Part shown: in pieces, positions 36,601 to 47,589 of the stretch
Position numbering within the stretch: position 1 is the first letter of the stretch
Layout of the letters: every line of letters begins with the position of its first letter
Assembly (NCBI GenBank): GCA_965213685.1
Contig: CBDBZY010000041.1
Location: 416,001-480,000, forward strand
Reading direction: 5' to 3'
Source of the DNA: a bacterium
Lineage (GTDB): Bacteria; UBA8248
Length of the DNA: 64,000 nucleotides
The notes under the pieces: model-generated
Databases searched by the model: none
Seen by the model: only the letters and a program-made list of their open reading frames with translations
Told to the model about the DNA's origin: nothing
Program-made: the position numbers and the translations under genes

Positions 36601-37810
36601 GGATGTAGTTGCATGAGTATACAACAACAACTTACTGTAGTTTTAGTTACATGTAATTACAACAATATCATTTATTACAATGCTGTAGAGATTACTACAG
36701 AATTCAACACAATGACTGCAGTGACTGTGTACAGACTTTGCAGTACTGGTTAAAGTACTGTGGGCTGTGAAAGTATTGGTTTAATGTAATTTGGTGCTAA
36801 CTGCTACAGTCCCACCCTCCTTCCCTTCCTTCCCCCTCCCTTCCCTTCCTCTCACTCTTTCCTCACCCCTCCCCTCCTCCCTCCCCTCTCCTCGGGCTCC
36901 TCTCCCTCCCCTCCTCCTCTCCCCACTCCCCATGCCATGTGATTGTGTGAGTGTCTACCTCTAGCCCTTCCTCCATCACTTTCATTCCCCCCTCTCCTTC
37001 CCTTCCTCCCCCTCCCTTCCTCTCCTCTCACCCTTCCCCTGCCCCTCCACCCCTCCCCTCCTCCCCTCCCCCTCCTCCCCCCTCCCTGCTCTCCCCCTCC
37101 TCTCTTCCCTCCCCCTCCCCCCTCTCCCCCTCTCCCCCTCCCCATTCCCTCCCCCATTTCCCCTCTCCCCTCTCCTCCTCCCTCCCTTCACCTCCTCCCC
37201 CTCCCCCTATAATTAGTAATGCTGCAGAAATGGAGGGAGGCAAGGAGCAAAGGGTGGAGGGAGTGAAGGCGGAATTGAGGGGGAGAGAGGGAGAGGGGGA
37301 GGGGAAATGGGGGAGGCAGAGAGAGGGAAGGGGGAAGGGGAGAGGGGGAAGGAGGATGGGGAAGGGGGAGGAGGGGAAGGGAGGGGGGAGGGGAGGGAGG
37401 GGGGAGGGGAGGGAGGAGGGAGGGGGAAGGGGAGGGAGAGGGGAAGGAGGAGGGAGGGGGGAGGGGGGAAATGGGGGAGGAAATAGGAGAGGAGGGGGAG
37501 GGAAAGAGGGGGGAGGGGGTGGGGAAGGGATGGGGGAGGAATGGGGGAGGGATGGGGGGAGGGGAGAGGGAGAGAGGGCAGTAGAGAGGGGGAAGGGGGG
37601 AGGGGACAGAGGAGGGGAGGGAAGAGGGGAGGGGGAGAGGATGGGGGAGGAGGTGAGGTGAGGGATGGGGGAATGAGGGAGAGGAGGAGGGACTCCGATT
37701 CTCCGAGGGAGGGAGGGAGGGTGGGGGGAGAGGGAGGAAGACAGAAGGAGAGATATAGGGATATTGCCATGGAGAGAAGGTGAAAGAAATAGGGGTGAGG
37801 AGGAGGCAAG
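33700..37810. repeat. Long alternating polypyrimidine and polypurine tracts in introns
   Basis: CT-rich blocks at about 33700-33830, 34235-34630, 34810-35560 and 36810-37210; GA-rich blocks at about 35750-36480 and 37230-37810; a duplicated unique segment at about 33960-34400 and 36560-37000. Confidence 0.9.
35622..35681 (-). CDS. Candidate 60-nt phase-0 internal exon (TAPKAPSQMSSPIQAKAHEQ)
   Basis: tag acceptor and gtactg donor, open frame, lying between the coiled-coil and Kelch exons. Confidence 0.45.
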
Positions 37811-38288
37811 AGGAAGATAATTATTACTGAACATAATTGAAGGGCTGAGAACCAAAGTGGTCTAAGCCACAATCTTGACTTTAACCCCCCCTAGAACTGG
37901 GAGTCTTTGCAAAATGCATTTCAGAATATTCTGCACAGTCAGGTTTTTAAAAACTGAAAACATTACTTCAAAGGGGTCCTGTGATTTTTAATGCATTTTT
38001 AAGCATTTCAGCTCATTCCCCACACTTTTTGTTGGGATAGCCCACTCTGGTTCTCAGCCATTCAATTTTGTACATGTGCATGTGTAGGGGATATGCTCCA
38101 AGTATGGAACATTGATGCATTTATATACTGCCACAACTTGTTATCTGTAATTATTGATAATTAATTTCATCCCAAACATTTTTCAGTATAACCTCTATAA
38201 AGATGCTAATTATATACAGTTTGTTAAATGTGCAGCAAACCTTCTCAAGTACTACTTCACAAGGGAGAGGAAAGAAAGATGGCTATGC

Positions 38289-38469
38289 CTAGTGTGTCCA
38301 GTGTGTCCAGTGTGTCTAGTGTGTCTAGTGTGTCCAGTGTGTCGAGTGTGTCTAGTGTGTCTAGTGTGTCCAGTGTGTCCAGTGTGTCCAGTGTGTCTAG
38401 TGTGTCTAGTGTGTCTAGTGTGTCTAGTGTGTCTAGTGTGTCTAGAATGTCTGGCCTGTCCAGTGTGTC
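38289..38469. repeat. 9-bp tandem repeat (C[TC]AGTGTGT)n
   Basis: About 20 units; the minus strand can read (DTL)n. Confidence 0.92.
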
Positions 38470-39021
38470 TGTTTATAAGGTACCTAACATTTACATGTAT
38501 CTCAACTACAGAGTGCATTCACATCGAAAACCTGTCAGGGGAGCTTGTTATTTCACCAAACAAATGCAGTTCTTGTGCTATTTAATCATGACTATGTTCA
38601 GGGACCCATATATAACGCCACAAAAAAGAATGAATAACCTGGCATTCTTCAGGCATGCAATCATATAAGTTGTACTAAAAGAAACCATAGTGATTGGTAT
38701 ATATGTGTATGCATAAGCAAGATATTGTGAGTGCCACCTTGATCTCTCATTCAGTTTTGTTCTTTTTTTTGGTTGTTTCACACTTCCTGTTAGACATCTT
38801 TTCTATAAAATTCCATCTAAGTTTGTGTCATACAACAAACTTCATGTACTGATGGTGATGTCTTGTGTGATGTGACACAAAAGGTTAACACTTCACTACG
38901 TGATTGCTACAGTGATGCACATGAAAGCCTCCTCCACGCCCCCACAATGCATGTAGCTAGTTATATCAGTGGCACATATTCACAGTACTAAAATATGTAA
39001 GACAAAACGTGCTCTAATTAC

Positions 39022-40893
39022 CTCTGCCTCTGTTGCATGGCCTTCTGGAGAAACATTCACAGCCACGTTCTTTCTCAGTAACATGTCCATCCTCTCCCTC
39101 TCTTCCTTTAGTCGAGAACTCATCTCATTTTTGGTTTCCTGAAGCTGCTTTGCCAGCATTGTTTTCCCTTCTAATTCCACTTTAACTTTCTGAAGGGATT
39201 CTAGTAAATGTGAGGTCTCTTTCTTCTTTGATTCGAGCTCCTCTTCCACTTTCTTCAATTTCTCTTTGTGTTCCTGAACTTGCTGTTCTCTATTAGCAAT
39301 AATCTCTTTAAGATAGTGCTCTTTCTCCTCAGATGACTTCCTAAGGAACTGTAATTCTTGGTTTCTCTGATCGAGTTTGTTCCGTAGCTCAAATTTCTCT
39401 TCTTGCAAGTGTGACACTTTCTCCCTTTCAGACTCCAATTTTTTTTCTAATGTTTCCAGTTGCATTTTGATATCTTCATACTCTTTTTCCTTCCTTGTAA
39501 TCATCTCCTTGACCTCTGCACTGTCCTTCCCAGCTGACTGCTTGAGAGACTCAATCTCTTGCTCTTTCAGCTTCAAGGTTACTTCCAGCTCTTTCTTCTC
39601 CAATGTCAGCTTATTTGTTCTTTCTTTGGCCTTCTTTTTCTTCTCCTTGATGGTTTTGAGCTCTTGTTTGAGTGACCTCTCATCCCGCTTCGCCTGTTCG
39701 AGGGCCTGTTCTTGTCTGTCGAGCTTCATGTCTTTCTCTGTAATTTCCTTTGTCAATCTGTTTATTTTATTCTTCAACTCATCATGAGCTGGTGATGTAC
39801 TCTTCTGTGGAGGAGTTTTTGAGCCATATCAGTTAGGTGATATGAAGGCATATGCATGTTAGTGTGCAAACCTCTTCTGTAGTGCCTTGTTCCATAGACT
39901 TGGGTTTGTTCACTTGTGGAACTGGCACACCTGCAAAACATGAGTTGGTACAACAAAACAAGTGGAACATATTGACTGTGCAACTTAATGCAGAGTGTGT
40001 GCAGTTTAATTGTTACCATATTTGAGTGCTATCTTGATAGCCAGAGTCCTCTGACCAATGTTGGCAAGGGCTTGGACAATTGTGAGCCACTTCTTGTCCA
40101 CAATCACCTCCATATAGCACTGGAGCATTTCTAGCAGGCACTTCTCAGGGAAACGCCAGAGGGCATTTTCAATGCTCTTCAACTTCGGCGAAGGAACTCC
40201 AATTTCCAACCCCAAACAAAACCACTCTACAACACTCTTCAGTTCATTCTCCAGCTGTGTTATGCTCTCAGGACCTGTGTATGAAGTGTAAATCATAGTT
40301 ATAAGAAGCTACTATAGTTCACACAAGGGTGGACTACCTCTGTCTTCCTTTGCTGGATTTCTGTAGAGTGCCATGAAACGGGCACCAAAATCAAGGAGCC
40401 CATTCTCTGCACACAGAGACATGCATGAGGTAATGGTTTCCTCCTTGACAGGAATGAGCTTTCCATCCATCCTACGGTAGTCAGGGATCATCACGTACAC
40501 TTCAGGACAGACTTCAACTTGGAGCGAGGGAGGAGGATCAGATGGCGGCAGTGTTTGAGCCAATTCGGCAACAACTCTTGATTCCATTTCTGCCTGAATT
40601 TTCCCTTGCAAGTTGAGGAGGCACTTGACATCTTCCTTGGAGGATGCTTTGACCTGGAACAGTGGTGCTTCTGTGCACCAATAATTACTGATTCCTTCCA
40701 TGCCATGATTCTTGAGAACTTCATCAATGTCCTGGACAAAGGAGTCAAAGGTCACTGCCACACTGGGAGAACCATTGCCGAGGGTGAGCCATCCCCTGTC
40801 ATTACACACAGCCTGTGCTGGCTTGCCATCAATGTTGACTGGTGTACGGAGCATGAGAAAGTTCCCACACAGCGGAGACTCTCTGAACGACAT
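39022..40893 (-). CDS. Death-domain plus long coiled-coil protein; exons 40893-40338, 40274-40017, 39930-39872, 39804-39022
   Basis: Phase-consistent GT-AG splicing; exon 2 reads LENELKSVVEWFCLGLEIGV...LKSIE...CLLEML...W..IVQALANIGQRTLA (Death fold); exon 4 is an E/K-rich heptad region of 261 aa. Confidence 0.82.
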
Positions 40894-42019
40894 TGCTGAC
40901 CCTGAAAGAAGGTTATAAGGATAATTATCAACAGCAAACAAACCAAGCAAACAAAAGCATGTGCATGAATATACCATAATATTATTTGTACTGTGTGGCG
41001 TTGGTGCACTACATGGGGTAAGTCTAAAGTAAATCTAGAATGGAAGAGAATATAGGGATTGCACTGAAAATGTATATGGAGATAAGACATGTATGGCTGC
41101 AAAGTACATGCTATAATACTCCAAGTTTCATGGGAACAATGACGACATGCCATGTCTGATTATGTAATACAAGCCCTCTATTTTTGAGCATGCAGCCACC
41201 AAGAAAGAAGTTATAACACTAAATTTAAACAGATTTGAATAACTGTTCGTTGTTACTGCATCGACAGTCCATGCATGTATTCACATGACCAAGAGTTGGA
41301 TCATTGTAATTATGCGATGAAACAGGCCAATAATTATTTGAACTTTTGTGAGTTCTTTGAAGGTGTGAATGTAGCAACAGGCATTTTGAAATGAAACTAT
41401 TTTTTTGGTGCTGTTCATGGTCATTAGTCGTCTTTCCACACATACAGAACTGTGATTTCCTAACTGGTTCTCCTATATATACAAGTAAATTGAAAAATTG
41501 TCAATTGTGGAGGGGCATATAGGGAATGCATAAAAAGAAATGGAGACAAGACCTGAATGTAGAGTGAATGCTAAAATGTGCTGAGTTTCATGGGGACAAC
41601 ACTGACATGATGAGTACGCCATGTCTGATTATGCAACACAAGCCCTATATTGTTGAGCAGAGCTGTATGGGGGCATCACATAGTCTGTATGTGTAAAAAG
41701 ACAGCAGAGACATGTGACCAGCCAGAGTTGGGGGGGGGGAACGCCCTAACTCTCCAACTTCCCCCCCAAATTCTTCAACCATCCCTTTACAATATCCTAA
41801 TTTAGCACACCTACTTTTTGTTTGGTCATGCCCACCTTTCATCATAATAACTGAACTTCCCCCCCTGATAAAGTTTTCTAGATGAAACCCTGCCAGCTAT
41901 TGCACTTACACCCTGAAAGAACCCATTAAACTTTACGACAATCAAGTCATTGCATGTATAGAGTGCTAGTGGACGCAATACCTACATATTCTATACTGTA
42001 TTCCTTTGTATGTAGGTGG

Positions 42020-45000
42020 CAGCTCAACAATATAAGGCTTGTATTGCATAATCAGACATGGCGTACTCGTCATGTCATTGTTGTTCCCATGAAACTCATT
42101 TTAGCATTCACTCTACATTCAGGTCTTGTCTCAATTTCTTGTTATGCAATCCCTATATGCCCCTCCACAATTGACAATTTTTCAATTTACTTGTCTCCTG
42201 TCTTTTTTTGCCGGCTTTCAGCAAAGGTTTATACACCATTTTGGTCAGAAGTTAGGAACAATGATGGCCTACTCGGAAGAATTAAGCATGTTTACAGTTC
42301 ACCACTACTCCCCAGTTCCTTTTTTTCCATGTATATACATGCATGTGTATATATACTGACTGTGACACAATGAAACTGAGTTGATTCTCGGTTTATGGCT
42401 AGTTCAGCGTGGCATACTGACCTCTATGTCTAGCTACCCGAATCTGCTCAACCGCGGCTATTGTCGTCTCTCACGGCTTTGTAGGCGAGGCGCTGTTACT
42501 ATGCCCGGGCTCAGCCCGGACAGGATGAAAGGCTTCTCAGCCTATCAGTCGGCCCGCGGCACTTCCTAGCACACCGTCGTCTAGATAAAACACGCCCCAA
42601 ATCATGCACACTCGCGCTTCAAGGGCAAGTGTCCGTGAAACCGGCGAAGCTAGCTAGTCTCTAGAGCCAGTGAGCCAGGCTAAGCGGCGCCCAACTTGAG
42701 TACACGCTGCCTTGGTATGTGACACGGTCACGTCGTGCCCCACCCCCTAACAGCTTGGGAACGCGCTACACGGTGGACGCCTCGCCGGCTGGTACGCCAT
42801 ACTTCACCATTAGATGCCTAGGGAACGTTGCTACACTCGCTGCGCCCGTGATAACTCTGCTTAGAACTAGAACAGGACAGTCCCACACATGTAGCTACTG
42901 TAGCTAGCTAGCCGGCCGAAGGTTGTCGACGGCGCAGCGCCTAATCACGTGAGTTTGCGGCGCACGCGCACGAGAATTGGCTGTGACCACGCGACATACC
43001 CATATGACGGCAACGCTACATTTCAAAACCGTATCCAAGGACATAAGCGCACGATAAGTCAATTACGCGCCCATTTAGTCAAAGCGCGCGTAACTATTCC
43101 CTAGTATGATGTATTAACAAAAGATAATTGTTAACAATTCAAGCAGTGAAGGTAACAAACTTTTTAGAGACTCATTCCAGGCATAATCATAAACTCTTTC
43201 AATAGTAACATTTCCATGTAGATTCTTTAGCTGTATCATGTCAATTACAGCGCATTCAATTTCAGCATCATAATGTACAGGAACACTGGAAAAAACAGAT
43301 ATTCGTTAGTATTACAAGAAGTGAAAGGGTTAACGTAGAAAATGCATATCCCTAATGTGTACTGCTATGATTTCTTTCTAATGTCTCTGTTAATGGATTC
43401 ATACCTTTTTATTTACAATACCTTTTATTCTAGCATTATAATGTACAGGAAGAGAGAGATAATCATCAATATCTCGAGAAGCAAAGGGGTTAACGAAAAA
43501 ATTATATGCCTATGCACTAGCTGTCATGAAAATGTACCAGCATGTGCAGTTTCATGATCATTGGTATTATGGTTATTGAGTTTCGTTTCTTCAACCTGAA
43601 TAAGAAGAAGGAGAAGAAGAATTGCAATATTACATTTTTGCTAATATCTCATAACATATACAACATATTTTCACCAGTTTCTGAATAGATTTTCATTTTC
43701 CCTTATTCTTAACACTAATTTCCTCAAATATCACACCTACGGTATTAGGTGTATATAGGGATTGGCCAGGGTCCTCAGCATTAAACCTGTACATTTGAAA
43801 TTTGCAGGTATTGAAGTTAAGAGTATGCAAAATGTTAACTGTACCTTAAAAATTTGTGGGAAAATACTATACAAGGTGTGTTTTATATGCAAAAATGCAT
43901 TTCACAAATTGTCCATGTTCTTCTTCTCCTTCTTCTTCTTCTTGTTCTGGTTGAAGAAGCGAAACTCAATAACCATAGTACCATTAATCCTGATAATGCA
44001 CATGTAGGTACATAGCATTGGTGGCTAGTGCATAGGCATAATGTTTTCCATTAACCCCTTCACTTCTTGAGATATTGATGATTATCTAGCTTCTCCATGT
44101 ACTTTGTGTATTGAAGGTACATTATAAATTCAAATGAGGGTAACTACGCGCGCTTTAATGAGCGCTTAAATCACCAATTGTGCGCTTACGTCTTGGATAC
44201 GGTACATAGATACTTGAAATCCACTTACACGCATATATCGCGTGGTCACTGGCCGGCCGGCCGGCGGCTGTTGCGCGCGCCGCATGCTCACGTGCACGTG
44301 CGCAGCGCCGTTAGAACCGGCCGGCCTCTAGCGCAAAGGCAATTACCGCCAACCGTGCGTGTAGCCTCGCTGCCCCAGTAGTTCTTAGGCGATGGACGGC
44401 TTTAACTAAACGGGACTAGCGCGGCGAGTGTAGCCACGTTCTCTAGGCGTGTGATATCGCAATGTGACCCATCGGCTGGAGTGCCTTTCAACGCTTCAGC
44501 CTCCTTCCGTGTTTGGGGGAGTGGACTACTGTACGGTACTCTTTCGAACTGGGGACCATTGAAAAGGACTAGAGCAGAGACTAGTGCGGTACCGTCCCAT
44601 ACTGTACGTACATGTGTATATCCTAGGCTACATTCTCAAGTTGTTTGGAGGCCGTGTGGGGCCGCCATGGGCTGGGCCTTAGCATAGACTATACAATCTA
44701 TGGCCTTAGCAACGCATGGACCCAGGGCTTATTTTTATGCCTTGGTTACGCAGCTGCCAATTTCTGACCTGCGTTCGATGGTGATATGTGTTGAAGTTAC
44801 TATCAGGTCTGTGTTTGGTGGACTCGGAAGAGGCTAAGAAGGCGTGCTCAACACAGGCTGATACGAACCAGAGACGTCTATATGCACCGGCACTGCACTG
44901 CTACATTATACATGTACTCTGCATCACGTGCATATCACAGCCTGGTGCACTGTACTAGCACAAGTAGTTCTTCCTGCATATATCATAGCACCTGTTAAAA

Positions 45001-45492
45001 CTCTACACTACTGACTGCACATTAGTTGCTGCTCTTAGTATTATAGACACCATTAACTTCATTTAACACTCATAATTAATTGTATTGTGTCACACTTAGG
45101 TTCATTGCTGTTATTTATGAAACCTGTGTATTGGTTGATTATCTATTGCTGTCATTCATGAATCCACCATACTTATTGCCACAGTTTATGAGCATTCACC
45201 TATTGCAATTCATGCACAATTGAAAGAAGTTCTATAATCAATGAAGTATTGCTGTATGTTATATTTGGTTAATGACAACATCTTTGCTGAAAGCAGCAAA
45301 AAAATGTGGGGAGATTAGTAAATTAAAAAATTACATTTTAGAGGGGGATATAGGGATTGCATTAAAAGGTACGGAGACAAGGCTTGGATGCAGAGTACAC
45401 ACTATATTGTAACCAGTTGTCATGGGAACGATGATGAAATGTGGAGTACCTCATGCGTGTTTATGCAACACAAGCCCTATATTGTTGAGCTG
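42020..45492. repeat. ~3.5-kb imperfect foldback structure
   Basis: Ends CAGCTCAACAATAT.../...ATATTGTTGAGCTG; inner inverted pairs at about 42820-43105/44135-44450 and 43460-43620/43917-44090. Confidence 0.75.
44683..44702. mobile_element. 20-bp micro-element CATAGA...TCTATG
   Basis: 7-bp TSD GCCTTAG at 44676-44682 and 44703-44709. Confidence 0.75.
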
Positions 45493-46707
45493 AGTTTCAT
45501 GGAAACACAGGAATCAAATGACTTGATCAATGAAGGACCATCGATAACCATCGAGGGACCATCCCAGACCAATGCGTTACTTGTACCATTGCATGATGTC
45601 ACACGTAGAAACCATCGGACAGAATTTAAGTCTGATATCAAACTATATACTCCTTATCCCTGTTATCTGTCTCATAGCTTGGCACTCTTACACATACTCT
45701 GAAGAGCATCCCAGCACACTCACAGCAGTCACATGTACCTACTGTACTTGCCATTACACTTACACTGTGAAATAAACATTATGTTGATTGAAATATGCCA
45801 CCTGTATATCACTAAACTTTGCCCAAGCACTGAAAATGAAGACATGCATACTTGCATACTTTTGTGTAGTGATAATAGCTTATGAAGGGAAGTGGTGGTG
45901 GCTGCTCAACAATATAGGGCTTATGTTGCATAATCAGGCATGAGGTACTCCACATTTCATCATCGTTCCCATGACAACTGGTTACAATATAGCGTGTACT
46001 CTGCATCCAAGCCTTGTCTCCGTACCTTTTTATGCAATCTCTATATCCCTTTCTAAATTTTTTTTTAATTTACTAGTTATATTAAGTGTCTAGTGAAAGT
46101 GAAAACTCAAATTTTCAAATGTACAGGGTTGATGCCGAGTGACCTGGGCAATCCATATATACACAGTGCTACCGCACTGTGTGATATACATGTGGCTCTG
46201 CTCAATAGTGTAGTGCTTGTATTACATAATCAGACATGGCATACATACTCATCATGTCATCATTGTTCCCTTGAAACTTTGTGTATCTGATATCATAGCA
46301 TGTACTTTCCATCCATTACATGTCTTGTCTCCATACCATTTTATGCATACAGTGTTCTTTATAGTATTGTATAGTATCTATGCTGTAGTACATACAGTCC
46401 TACATCAGTACTCAGGCCACTTTTATGGGCTATGTATGAACATGAATGAAATGTTGTATTCTTGTCACATTAGGATCACCTGCTTTGACATTGAATGCCC
46501 GATGCATTCCATACATCCATTCAGTCTGTAGTGTGTAATATTAGCGTTATAGTTGTATTACAATAACTGTGTACTGACAGAGAGTGCAAACCAACAATAT
46601 TACATTGGGATGGGCTGGTCCTTATACTGTATATGGTGAAGCTCTAGTCATGCACGTGTGTAGCATGTATAGAGTGACGTGTGCTGCAGAGTTGAGTGTT
46701 GCAGAGT

Positions 46708-47534
46708 CAGGGCTGCCAAGTACATTTTTGAAAAATTCTTGAGAATTATTGGTTCAGCACAGCTATATATGTAATAGTTATATCATGGGTCCGAGTTTTG
46801 TAGCCGATTTATTGCACGGGAAAAGCGCGAGGGCGATAGCCCGAGGGCTTTTACGTGCAATAAATCGGCTACAAAACGAGGGCACGTGATATAACTATTT
46901 TATATCCCGTTAATTAACTCGATAGTAACACGACGTATCTGGCGTTATTGCTTAACAACCGACGAATACCTCTCGACGAATGTCTGTAGTCCTGTACATA
47001 AATGACATGCATGCATGTACTACATTACATAGTGCTGTAATCACTTACATTGAAAATACAAGATAACATAAAACCTACAAGATGCATGCCCAGGGGGGGG
47101 GAAATATAAGTAAAGGGTGCAATATCACATTTATTGCACCTAGGAACAACATGGCAACGGGATATAAACTACAGAACTATACTATACTACAGTGACTATT
47201 CTTTGCGGGTACTAATGTTTGTGGATTGGCACAAATTTTGTACGCGCAAACAAAAATTTATTAGCTTATAGTCTTCTCAACGTTACAGTATTTCTCTTGA
47301 CGTGCTTGTTGATCAGAAAATAATTGAATGATTGGTAATCTCACCCACACATAAATATAGAATTGATTCGCCATTCACCATGTATAATATATTTTGAAAC
47401 TGCCTCTGTGAACTGTGTCCAGCTAAACACTCAAAGTCAAATATCAGTGAGATTTCCCAATTTCATAGAGAGATCTTGAGCTTGTGCTCATTTTAGTGAG
47501 ACTCACTGAAAATCAGTGAGACTTGGCAGCCCTG
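46708..47534. mobile_element. hAT-like MITE with 6-bp TSD (hAT6-like)
   Basis: Perfect 14-bp TIR CAGGGCTGCCAAGT; TSD CAGAGT at 46702-46707 and 47535-47540. Confidence 0.88.
46773..47167. mobile_element. Hairpin-ended non-autonomous element (Crypton-like) nested in the MITE
   Basis: 127-bp hairpin 46773-46899 around CGAGGGCGATAGCCCGAGG, then the inverted pair TTATATCCCGTT (46900) and AACGGGATATAA (47156-47167). Confidence 0.55.
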
Positions 47535-47589
47535 CAGAGTGCTCGCATGTTTGAGTTGAGCTAGGCCAGATTCTGAGGCCAAAGGTCAA

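Noticed and set aside
34281-37872. Many Pro/Ser- or Gly/Arg/Glu-rich ORFs
   Set aside because: Translations of stop-poor CT and GA tracts.
38154-38668. Cys-rich or Ser/Val-rich ORFs
   Set aside because: Arise from the 9-bp tandem repeat.
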